Assembly (NCBI GenBank): GCA_041397105.1
Contig: JAWKXJ010000009.1
Location: 1,049 to 65,048 of the forward strand
Direction of reading: 5' to 3'
Source of the DNA: Paracoccaceae bacterium
Lineage (GTDB): Bacteria; Pseudomonadota; Alphaproteobacteria; Rhodobacterales; Rhodobacteraceae
Length of the DNA: 64,000 nt
The notes under the pieces are model-generated. The model saw nothing but the letters and a program-made list of their open reading frames with translations, was not told the DNA's origin and made no database searches. Each line of letters starts with the position of its first letter. The stretch's first letter is position 1. Below are positions 18,449 to 30,338 of the stretch, piece after piece. The position numbers and the translations under genes were made by a program.

Positions 18449-19381
18449 ATGGGAACCACTGATATCATCCCTGATATTCATGGGCAGATCGCGAAATTGC
18501 GCGCAGCACTTGACGGGCTAAGCTGGCGCCGTGGTCCCGCCGGCTGGACCCACCCGGAACCGGACCGCAGCATTGTGTTTCTAGGCGACTTCATAGACCG
18601 GGGACACGATAACCGCGCTGTTATCCATCTAGTGCGCAACTTGGTGGACTCGGGTAAGGCGCGCGCGATCATGGGAAACCACGAGCTAAATGCGCTGCAC
18701 TTTCATACAAATAGCGGCGGCGGGCCATTGCGCGAGCATTCCCCAAAGAACCTGCGCCAACACGCAAGTTTTCTCGCCGAGTTTCCCCTGGGGGCGCCCG
18801 CGACGCGAGAGGCACTGGACTGGATGCGCAGCTTGCCGTTGTTTCTTGAAACCGTGGAATTCCGCGCAGTGCATGCCTGCTGGTCCGACGACGCCATCAA
18901 CCAGCTGCGCGCATGCACCGCCGATGGCTTGCTTTCGGAAGAGCAACTTATCCGCACCGCCGATCCCGCGGATCCCATCTTTGCCCTCGCTGAGGTCACC
19001 ACCAAAGGCCCGGAGCACAAGTTGCCGGATGGCTATTTCTTCCGTGATAAGGATGGCACACATCGCCATCACGTCCGCCTGCAGTGGTGGAACGGACGCG
19101 CTCGCACTTGGCGAGACGTTGCGATCTCGGTCCCGGCACCGGGGGATGTGCCCAATACCCCGCTGCCGGATCACTTGCTATCGCAGGCTTATGCCGCCGA
19201 TGCACGCCCGGTCTTTTTCGGCCATTACTGGCTTACCGGTGATCCGGTCCTGCAAGGACATAACGCACTCTGCCTCGATTACTCAGCCGGTAAAGACGGG
19301 CCGCTCGTAACCTATGAATTGCGCCAAGGTGAAAAGCTTCTCAACATTGATCGGATCCGAATCCACTCAGAACTTGCCTGA
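18449..19381 (+). CDS. calcineurin-like metallophosphoesterase (PPP / ApaH-PrpA-lambda phosphatase family)
   Basis: Motifs DIHGQ, IVFLGDFIDRG and AIMGNHELN are present. RBS TAAGGAG. 310 aa. Confidence 0.8.
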   Translation: MGTTDIIPDIHGQIAKLRAALDGLSWRRGPAGWTHPEPDRSIVFLGDFIDRGHDNRAVIHLVRNLVDSGKARAIMGNHELNALHFHTNSGGGPLREHSPKNLRQHASFLAEFPLGAPATREALDWMRSLPLFLETVEFRAVHACWSDDAINQLRACTADGLLSEEQLIRTADPADPIFALAEVTTKGPEHKLPDGYFFRDKDGTHRHHVRLQWWNGRARTWRDVAISVPAPGDVPNTPLPDHLLSQAYAADARPVFFGHYWLTGDPVLQGHNALCLDYSAGKDGPLVTYELRQGEKLLNIDRIRIHSELA

Positions 19382-19644
19382 ACAATGATCTGGATCGCGA
19401 CTCGCTAACGCAAACAAATGAAATCTGTAGCGGGCGGCGCCGCCTGACGAGTCATTCCCAACGTGAGGCGGATAGGGCTGACGATGGATCTCTCCGGCGC
19501 TTAAGTCCAGGCTTTCCCTCGTATCTCGGGTTGTCGAAGTCCGTCGAGTGGATATGGTGTGCCGAGAGGTCGACGGTGTGCTCCGAAGTTTCAACCTCAA
19601 AGCGAATAAGAAAACCAAGAAGATAGTATTGCCCAAGGGACCAC

Positions 19645-21165
19645 ATGAGCATTGAAAAGACCCTCTTCGCCGCCGCCGACAAGATGCGCGGCTCCATGGA
19701 CGCGGGCGAATACAAGCACATCGCCCTGGGTCTTCTCTTCCTCCGCTATGTGTCGATCTCCTTCGAACGCTTGCACGATCAGCTCGCCAAAGACGATTAC
19801 GCCGATCCGGAAGACCCGGATGAATACCTGGCCGAAAGCGTCTTCTGGGTCCCGGAAAAGGCGCGGTGGTCGACGCTGGCCAAGCAGTCGAAGGACCCGA
19901 AGATCGGCATCATGATCGACGACGCCATGCGCGCGATCGAGGCTGACAACGAAACTCTCAAGGGCGCGCTGCCCAAGGTCTTCGGCAAGGAAAGCATCGA
20001 CCGGGCCATGCTCACCGGCCTGATCGACCTCTTCACCAACATCAAGCTGCACGGCGACCGGCGCGACTTCGACCTGATCGGCCGCATCTACGAATACTGC
20101 ATCGGCGAGTTCGCGAGCTCCGAGGGCAAGCGGGGTGGGGAGTTCTACACCCCTAAATCCGTCGTCGACACGCTGATCGAGATGATCGAGCCGACCCGCG
20201 GCCGCGTCTACGACCCCTGCTGCGGCACCGGCGGCTTCTTTGTCCAGTCCGAGAAGTTCATCGAGGCGCATTCCGGCCAGCGCAACGACATCGCGATCTA
20301 CGGGCAGGAGCGCAACCACACCACCTTCGGCCTTGCCCGGATGAACCTCGCCATCCGCGGCATATTCGCTGACATTCGCTGGAACTCCGAGGGCACGTTG
20401 GTCAAGGACGCCTTCCCGGACGAACGCTTCGACTATGTTCTCGCCAATCCGCCCTTCAACATCTCCGACTGGTCGGGCGAACTCTTGCGCGAGGATGTGC
20501 GCTGGAAGTTCGGCGCGCCGCCCGTGGGCAACGCCAACTTCGGCTGGATTCAGCATATCTACGCCCACCTCTCGGCCACAGGTATTGGTGGTGTGGTCAT
20601 GGCCAACGGGTCGATGTCGTCGATGTCCGGGGGCGAGGGCGACATCCGCCGCGCGCTGGTCGAGGGCGGGGCCGTGGATGCCATGGTGGCGCTGCCGGGG
20701 CAGCTTTTCTACGGCACCCAGATTCCGGCCTGCCTGTGGATCCTGGCCAAGGACAAGTCGAACGGCATCGGCAAGGACGCCAAGCTGCGCGACCGGCGCG
20801 GCGAGGTGCTGTTCATCGACGCCCGCAAGATGGGCGCGCTGGTGCCGGGCAGCCGCAAGCAGAAGGAACTGTCGGGGGACGAGGTCGACCGGATCGCGCG
20901 CGCCTACCACGCCTGGCGGGGGGAGCCGGACGCCGGCGCCTATGAAGATGAGCCGGGCTTCTGCAAGGCGGCCTCGCTGGAGGAGATCGCGAAGCACAAC
21001 TTCGTCCTGACCCCGGGCCGCTATGTCGGCGCAGGGGCCGCGGAAGAGGATGGCGAGCCCTTCGAGGAGAAGTTCGAGCGCCTGATGCGCGAGTTGCGCA
21101 GCCAGTTCGCCGAGGGGCGGCGGCTGGAGGCCGAGATCGAGGCGCGGCTGGGGGCGTTGGGATGA
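19645..21165 (+). CDS. hsdM: type I restriction-modification system, N6-adenine DNA methyltransferase subunit
   Basis: HsdM N-terminal domain (LFAAADKMRGSMDAGEYKHIALGLLFLRY), SAM motif VYDPCCGTGGFF and catalytic VLANPPFN. Confidence 0.95.
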   Translation: MSIEKTLFAAADKMRGSMDAGEYKHIALGLLFLRYVSISFERLHDQLAKDDYADPEDPDEYLAESVFWVPEKARWSTLAKQSKDPKIGIMIDDAMRAIEADNETLKGALPKVFGKESIDRAMLTGLIDLFTNIKLHGDRRDFDLIGRIYEYCIGEFASSEGKRGGEFYTPKSVVDTLIEMIEPTRGRVYDPCCGTGGFFVQSEKFIEAHSGQRNDIAIYGQERNHTTFGLARMNLAIRGIFADIRWNSEGTLVKDAFPDERFDYVLANPPFNISDWSGELLREDVRWKFGAPPVGNANFGWIQHIYAHLSATGIGGVVMANGSMSSMSGGEGDIRRALVEGGAVDAMVALPGQLFYGTQIPACLWILAKDKSNGIGKDAKLRDRRGEVLFIDARKMGALVPGSRKQKELSGDEVDRIARAYHAWRGEPDAGAYEDEPGFCKAASLEEIAKHNFVLTPGRYVGAGAAEEDGEPFEEKFERLMRELRSQFAEGRRLEAEIEARLGALG

Positions 21166-22457
21166 CCAAGACACTTGCCGAGGCAATAGGGGGCGCACGT
21201 AGGATTATCGGTGGCCCCTTCGGTTCCAAGCTGACCACGAAAGATTACGCTTCTTCTGGAATACCCGTTATTCGCGGTTCAAATATGGAGGTCGATGGGC
21301 GTTGGATCGGAGGCGAGTTCGCCTTTGTTTCCGCTGAAAAATACGATCGTGATCTAGCATCGAACAGCGCCAGAGCAGGCAACATCATCGTGACGCAGCG
21401 AGGAACGCTCGGACAAGTGTCGATCATCCCAGACGACTCCGCCTTTCAACAATACGTTGTTTCACAAAGCCAAATGGCAATTGATGTTGATCCTTCAACT
21501 GCGGATCGGAATTTCGTTTACTATTATTTACGGTCACCGACCTTCGTAGATCATTCCCATACACAGACGATTCAAACGGGCGTCCCACACATCAACCTCG
21601 GCGTGCTACGCGAAGCTCCGTCGAACTTCCCACCACTCGACGAACAACGCGAGATCGCGGCGATCCTTGGGGCGCTGGATGACAAGATCGAGCTGAACCG
21701 CAAGACGGCGGCGACGCTCGAGGCGATGGCGCGGGCGCTCTATCGCTCGTGGTTCGTCGATTTCGACCCCGTCTGGGCCAAGACCGAAGGCCGCTCCCCC
21801 GCCCACATGCCCCCCGCCACCGCCGCCCTCTTCCCCGACAGCTTCGGCGATGATGGTCTGCCGGTGGGGTGGACTGTGCAGCCGTTGAAGTCCCTTGCAA
21901 AAGTCACCATGGGCCTTTCACCAAAGGGCACCTCATACAACGACCAAGCCATTGGCACGCCATTGTGCAATGGGCCGGTCGAGTATGGCGATTTCTTCTT
22001 GAAAAAAGCAAAGTGGACTACGGCACCAACGCGCCTCGCGGAGCGCGGCGATCTAATTATCTGTATCCGCGGGTCGACAACGGGTCGGCACGCATTTGCG
22101 GACGACCAATACTGCCTCGGTCGCGGTGTGGCTGGAGTTCGTGGCAATACTGGTTCTCAGGAGTTCATCGACAACGCGCTTCTGTTCAACATGCCTGCCC
22201 TTCTTGAAAAGACGACAGGATCGGTTTTCCCAAGCCTTTCACAGGACGACATCGGCAACTTTGAATTGACCGCCCCCGGGAATACTTCAATCGTCACAAG
22301 GTTCTGCGAATTGGTGCGCCCGTTTCGGGAAACAGCCTGGAACAACATTGTTGAAAATCAATCACTCGCAACCCTCCGCGACACCCTCCTGCCTCGGCTC
22401 ATGTCGGGCGAGCTGCGCGTGGGCGAGGCGCGGGACCAGGTGGAGGTGGTTGCCTGA
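21162..22457 (+). CDS. hsdS: type I restriction-modification system, specificity subunit
   Basis: There are two target-recognition domains. They are separated by the conserved helical spacer LDEQREIAAILGALDDKIELNRKTAATLEAMARALYRSWFVDFDP. A C-terminal repeat ENQSLATLRDTLLPRLMSGELRV follows. ATGA overlap with hsdM. Confidence 0.9.
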   Translation: MTKTLAEAIGGARRIIGGPFGSKLTTKDYASSGIPVIRGSNMEVDGRWIGGEFAFVSAEKYDRDLASNSARAGNIIVTQRGTLGQVSIIPDDSAFQQYVVSQSQMAIDVDPSTADRNFVYYYLRSPTFVDHSHTQTIQTGVPHINLGVLREAPSNFPPLDEQREIAAILGALDDKIELNRKTAATLEAMARALYRSWFVDFDPVWAKTEGRSPAHMPPATAALFPDSFGDDGLPVGWTVQPLKSLAKVTMGLSPKGTSYNDQAIGTPLCNGPVEYGDFFLKKAKWTTAPTRLAERGDLIICIRGSTTGRHAFADDQYCLGRGVAGVRGNTGSQEFIDNALLFNMPALLEKTTGSVFPSLSQDDIGNFELTAPGNTSIVTRFCELVRPFRETAWNNIVENQSLATLRDTLLPRLMSGELRVGEARDQVEVVA

Positions 22458-23200
22458 TGCCTCATCCGATATCTTTGCGCGACTACCTTCGACAGCGGGC
22501 CGCCTGGGTCTGGAATGAGCAGGGCCATGCATTCGATCACGGCCTGACTCTGCAGGAGGAAACGCTTACTGAAATGCTCCTTCTTCGCATGGCACGGGAT
22601 CATGCAAAACATGGCTTGGCGGTCACCATGTTCAACAAGACCGAAGAAGGGATCAATGGCGCCGACTGGGAATGGATCATCCGCACGCGGTCCTGCGAAC
22701 TGGGTCTGCGGGTCCAGGCCAAGCGGCTATTTCATCATGGCAAGTCGCAGGACTATGGCGGTCTCGACCCGAAATCCGACCAAGCTGACAAATTGATCAC
22801 GAAGGCGGGCCCGAACATCCCGCTGTATGTTTTCTTCAACCATGATCACGGATTGAATTCCAACCTACTGCATGGTGGCGGTGAACACCCCTATCGTGGC
22901 CGCAGCTACTGGGGATGCGCGATTGCCTGCGCCAAGGCGGTGAAAATGGCCGATTCCAACAAACTGAACTATCTAAAAAAAATAATGAAGCCATGGCATC
23001 GCCTAGTAACCATTTCCGGGAAGTGCGACGCAAAGAGCGCTCTTGGTATTTCGCCCGAGGGCATGGAGGCCTCCATGCCGCAGGAGCGCCGGGAAATCAT
23101 CGGGCGAATAACGGACCGAGATTTCATGTCTCAGTATATTCAAATCCGAGATTTGGCTGGGGTGGCCATTCTGGATTTTTCCGATTTCAGAGGTAGGTGA
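22457..23200 (+). CDS. uncharacterised 247-aa protein with Mrr-cat-like PD-(D/E)xK signature (orfX)
   Basis: Its start overlaps the hsdS stop (TGATG at 22455-22459). It carries the motif EEGINGADWEWIIRTRSCELGLRVQAKRL (D70, Q87-A-K89). I do not recognise a family name. Confidence 0.6.
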   Translation: MPHPISLRDYLRQRAAWVWNEQGHAFDHGLTLQEETLTEMLLLRMARDHAKHGLAVTMFNKTEEGINGADWEWIIRTRSCELGLRVQAKRLFHHGKSQDYGGLDPKSDQADKLITKAGPNIPLYVFFNHDHGLNSNLLHGGGEHPYRGRSYWGCAIACAKAVKMADSNKLNYLKKIMKPWHRLVTISGKCDAKSALGISPEGMEASMPQERREIIGRITDRDFMSQYIQIRDLAGVAILDFSDFRGR

Positions 23201-24335
23201 TGTTTCAAGTCAATCGTTCCGAAAACCGGCTGAAGAAACTTGAAGTCAAACGCTTCTCCGACCTCGCGCTCCGCGAGCGGGACCATCTTCAGGAATGGCT
23301 CGCCAATCAGCCCGACGCACTCGGCGAGGATCTCCTGATCATCCAGAAGGAGTTCGACGGCTTCGCGGACACGCGCGAACGGCTCGACCTGCTTGCACTC
23401 GACGGCGACGGGCAGCTGGTGGTGATCGAGAACAAGCTCGACGATTCTGGCCGGGGTGTGGCCTGGCAGGCCCTGAAATACGCGGCCTACGTGTCCAGTC
23501 TGACCAAGGCGCAGATCATCGACATCTACCAACAATATCTCGATCGACACGAGGGCGGCGGCAATGCGGTGCAGCGGATATGTGAATTTCTGGAGGTCGA
23601 CGCGCTGGACGAAGTGGTGCTGAACCCCGGTCATGACCAACGCCTGATGTTCATCGCTGCGAACTTCCGCAAGGAGGTGACATCGACGGTGCTGTGGCTG
23701 CGCGAACACCGGATCGACGCCCGCTGCTTCAAGGTGACGCCATACACTTTCGCTGATGAGATTCTGATTGATATCCAGCCCGTAATCCCGACGCCAGAAG
23801 CCGCAGACTTCATGATAGGCATGGCCGAGAAGGAGACAGAAGCCAAGAGCGCACAGGGTGCGCAACGAAAGAGCCATAAACTGCGTCTCGAGTTCTGGAC
23901 GCAATGCCTTGAGGTTTTGCGTGCCAGAGGTCTATCCCGTTACAATAATATCAGCCCCAGCAAGGATCATTGGCTCAGTTCGGGAACAGGCGTTTCCGGC
24001 TGCGTCTATAACCTGATATTTTCCCGAGACGATGTCCGAGTGGAGTTGAGCCTGCAAAAGAGCGACCAGGGTGAGAACAAGTGGATGTTCGACGAGTTGG
24101 AAGCCCAGAAGGCGGAGATCGAGCGCAGCTTTGGTGCGGCCCTGGTCTGGAAGCGCATGGATGACAGAAAGTCCAGCAAGATAGCGTTTGCACAGCCCGC
24201 CGATGGCTATAATCACGAGGACTGGCCTGTGATGATTGAATGGCTTGGGGTCCATATTGCTAGGCTTGAGGGTGCATTTCGCGAACCACTACAGCGGCTC
24301 AATCAGGTCCTGAAGTCTGGTGAAGGGGCCACCTG

Positions 24336-24336
<1 letters not shown>
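23200..24336 (+). CDS. NucS-like PD-(D/E)xK domain + DUF4268 domain protein (orfY)
   Basis: TGATG junction at 23198-23202, with a GTG alternative at 23197. The N-terminal [24 protein letters not shown] is a D...E-x-K motif. The C-terminal [13 protein letters not shown]...[30 protein letters not shown]...[18 protein letters not shown] resembles DUF4268. Confidence 0.7.
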
Positions 24337-27569
<3,233 letters not shown>

Positions 27570-27670
27570 GATCTCTTTCTAAATCCGCGAAGCGATTGTT
27601 GAATGCCTACCGCTCGCGGTCCTGGCTTCCAGTTCGTCTGGTTGTTCGGTTTTATGCACTTCGAAAGATA

Positions 27671-29020
27671 TTATCCAATGACATCGAGCATGTTCGCTAG
27701 TTCGCTTAGCGCCTCCTCTTGTGGATCTCGGATGTCCTTCATGACTCTCGTCAGCCTCAGGTAGTGCGATGCCGCAGCGCTGACGTTCTCGCGCTTGAGC
27801 GGGTTTGTGTGGCCAAGGATCTGGTCAATCGTGGAGGCTGGCACCTTCAGGGCCTGCATGATTGTCGACGCCGTTCTCCGAAGGTCATGTCGATGCCAGC
27901 CGGATGTTTCGCTGACCCGGTAGAGCGCGCCCTGCAACCTCTGCCAATTGTCCAGCTTCCCGCCCTTGGAGTTTGGAAACACATACCCGTCCGGCTTTCT
28001 AGTTGTGTGTCCAGGCAGATCGCTAAGAAGATCTATCGTCGCCTGTGACAGTGGCAGACTTTGCCCACGCGGCCCACCGCGTGTCGATTTCACCCTAGGC
28101 TTGCGCCAAACGCCATTGCCCAGATCCAGATCGCGCCATTGCATGGTCTCGACCTCTTCGCGGCGGGCGGCCGTAAGCAACATGAAGCGCATCGCGATGG
28201 GGCGATAATCCAACTCCGCGGGGATCCGCAGCCCGAGATTCTTTCGGGCAGGATAGGTGAGCCATGGAAGGATTCTGCGCAGCTCATCCTCGGAAAGCAC
28301 GCGGTCGCGGTCTCCCTTGATCGTCGGATCCTGGATTGCAGGATCATGTATCTGATCGAGCGAGACCACATCGAGACGGGGCACCCTTCCGGCGCCGACC
28401 TTTGAGAAAGACTTGCGGCTTGATGCCCAGTCGAGCACAGGCATCAGATAGGCGCGAGCGCGAGAAGCCTGACCGTTTGCCGTAGACTTGCCGTTCAAAG
28501 CGCGTTTCGGTCGGTATCCGTTGATTGCCATTCCGAGCTGCTCAAGCGTGAGGTCAGTGACCTGGTCGTCGAGCAGGCGCTCGAGGACAGACTCGATGAC
28601 GGCTCTCGCGCCGCTCCGCTCAGAGCGCTTTCCGCGTGGCGCCCAGGACTTCCGGATGGCTCTGTAAGTGCGCTCATACTCTTGGACGAGCTCGCGCAGC
28701 GTGGGGGTCTGGCTGTCGTCACGAGCAGCATGACGAACAAGGCGCTTCTCCGCGTTGATGTCTTTGCCTGCCTTCAGGTCGAGCCTAGCGCGCGTCGCAG
28801 CTTGCCTAGCATCACGAAGCGACATTTCAGGATAGTGCCCTAGAGTTACTGTCTTGAGCCTTGATGCCGCATCCCTTGCCTTGAGCAGGAATGTCTTCTG
28901 CCCCGTTTCAGCGACGCGAATGCGTAAGCCTGCGCATCCGGCGTCTGTCATCTCACTGCGCCGACCATCGTAGATCAGTTTTCGTAGATATGCGTCAGTG
29001 AAGGCTTTGCGGTCGGACAT
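27671..29020 (-). CDS. int: tyrosine-type site-specific integrase (P4-like, DUF4102 arm-binding N-terminal domain)
   Basis: The N-terminus FTDAYLRKLIYDGRRSEMTDAGCAGLRIRVAETGQKTFLLKAR is DUF4102-like. The catalytic region is LLTAARREEV...HDLRRTASTIMQAL...ILGH. Confidence 0.9.
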   Translation of the reverse strand: MSDRKAFTDAYLRKLIYDGRRSEMTDAGCAGLRIRVAETGQKTFLLKARDAASRLKTVTLGHYPEMSLRDARQAATRARLDLKAGKDINAEKRLVRHAARDDSQTPTLRELVQEYERTYRAIRKSWAPRGKRSERSGARAVIESVLERLLDDQVTDLTLEQLGMAINGYRPKRALNGKSTANGQASRARAYLMPVLDWASSRKSFSKVGAGRVPRLDVVSLDQIHDPAIQDPTIKGDRDRVLSEDELRRILPWLTYPARKNLGLRIPAELDYRPIAMRFMLLTAARREEVETMQWRDLDLGNGVWRKPRVKSTRGGPRGQSLPLSQATIDLLSDLPGHTTRKPDGYVFPNSKGGKLDNWQRLQGALYRVSETSGWHRHDLRRTASTIMQALKVPASTIDQILGHTNPLKRENVSAAASHYLRLTRVMKDIRDPQEEALSELANMLDVIG

Positions 29021-29030
29021 TCAGCATCCT

Positions 29031-29049
29031 GGGCTACATATGGGCTACA
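29031..29049 (+). repeat. GGGCTACA-TAT-GGGCTACA tandem motif (candidate arm-type site, attR side, just upstream of int start)
   Basis: Identical 19-mer to 11702-11720. Confidence 0.6.
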
Positions 29050-29190
29050 AATTCGATCCGATTTCCTGCAACTCAATGCAGCACGGTGCAGTTGGGTGCA
29101 AGTCACGGATCCTAGATTTACTTATATATTTCAGATGCATATCTCATTTATTTACAGGCCCGCAAGGGGCATCTGATAATTGGATATGAA

Positions 29191-29237
29191 GACTGAAAAT
29201 CCTCGTGTCGGTGGTTCAAATCCGCCCCCGGGCACCA
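29191..29237 (+). repeat. attR: 47-bp direct repeat (orphan 3' tRNA-Phe fragment)
   Basis: Identical to 11588-11634. It lacks the 5' half of the tRNA. Confidence 0.9.
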
Positions 29238-29375
29238 TGCATCACTCACTTCTCTGAACTGGTAGGCATTTCTGCCGTACCTGCTCCGTGCCATCTATCC
29301 AACTGGTCGTGTTAACAGAAATGCCATGCGGCACGGCCCATCGGCCCCGATCCAGATCATCTGCCACACCCGTCT

Positions 29376-30338
29376 CTACCCGACCGGACCCTTGTGGCGC
29401 TTGCGGCCGGGCACGATGTCCGCGCCGGAGATGAAAAGAAGAGCCCCGCCCAGAAGACCGAACGCTGTCAAGACGAGGCTCCATGCAAATCCAAGGGCGA
29501 AGGCCTGTTCGGCGAGAATGCCGAATTGACCATAAAGCACGACGAATGCGGTTTCGCGCAGACCCAGACCGTTTGGGGAAATCGGCAGAAGGGTGATCAG
29601 AATAATGATCGGCACCAGCACGAAATGAGACGAGAGCGCAACGTCGATCCCCATCGCTTTCGCAAGCAGGGAAATCGGGAGGATGACGGCCAGCGTCTGC
29701 ACGGCAACGGCTATCGCCAGGCAAATGGAAAGAACCCCTGGCCGCCGTGCAATCGTTTTTATGGCCGACAGAAACGGGTCAAGCCGCTCCCAAAGGCCTC
29801 CATTGAGCTGCCGCAGCACGAACGCAGCACCAGCCATCCCGACCGCAAGGGCCACCGCCGCCTTCAGCACCGCTGTCTTCGTGTCCGCCTCAACGATGTC
29901 GCCTGCCGCCAGCGCGGCAACCGCTGCAACCATCGTGACCGCGAGAACGCCGATCAGCCGGTCGACGACAATGCTCGCATAGGCCCCGCCGCGCGCGCCC
30001 ACCGCCCGTCGCAGAAACTCTGCCCGCACAAGATCGCCGCCCGCCATCGTCGGGATACCGAGATTGACGAACATGCCGACGAGATAGAGGCGAAGTAGTG
30101 CCGGAAGTGATGGCGGGGCCGGCATGATCTGTAAGAGCGCCAGCCGCCAGCGCAGGCTTGACAGGACCTGCCCTGCACCAAAAAGCGCAATGACCAGGAG
30201 GATCGTCCCGACGTCGAGTTCCGCCAGCACCTCAACCGCGGCAGTGAAATCTATCACCCGAAAGAGGGCGACAAGAAAAACCGCGGCGACACAGATGCGG
30301 ATCAGGGGCCAGACGCGGCGGGTGACGCACCCAGTCAT
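29376..30338 (-). CDS. flippase-like membrane protein (UPF0104 / lysylphosphatidylglycerol-synthase TM-region family)
   Basis: A 320-aa polytopic hydrophobic protein with ...SSLRWRLALLQ... and multiple TM segments. ATGA overlap with the upstream gene. Confidence 0.6.
   Translation of the reverse strand: MTGCVTRRVWPLIRICVAAVFLVALFRVIDFTAAVEVLAELDVGTILLVIALFGAGQVLSSLRWRLALLQIMPAPPSLPALLRLYLVGMFVNLGIPTMAGGDLVRAEFLRRAVGARGGAYASIVVDRLIGVLAVTMVAAVAALAAGDIVEADTKTAVLKAAVALAVGMAGAAFVLRQLNGGLWERLDPFLSAIKTIARRPGVLSICLAIAVAVQTLAVILPISLLAKAMGIDVALSSHFVLVPIIILITLLPISPNGLGLRETAFVVLYGQFGILAEQAFALGFAWSLVLTAFGLLGGALLFISGADIVPGRKRHKGPVG

Noticed and set aside
29267-29323. Inverted repeat GGCATTTCTG ... CAGAAATGCC just outside attR.
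   Set aside because: It is a single 10-bp stem with a 37-nt loop and no U-tract. It may be a weak terminator for the convergent membrane-protein gene, but support is insufficient to annotate it.
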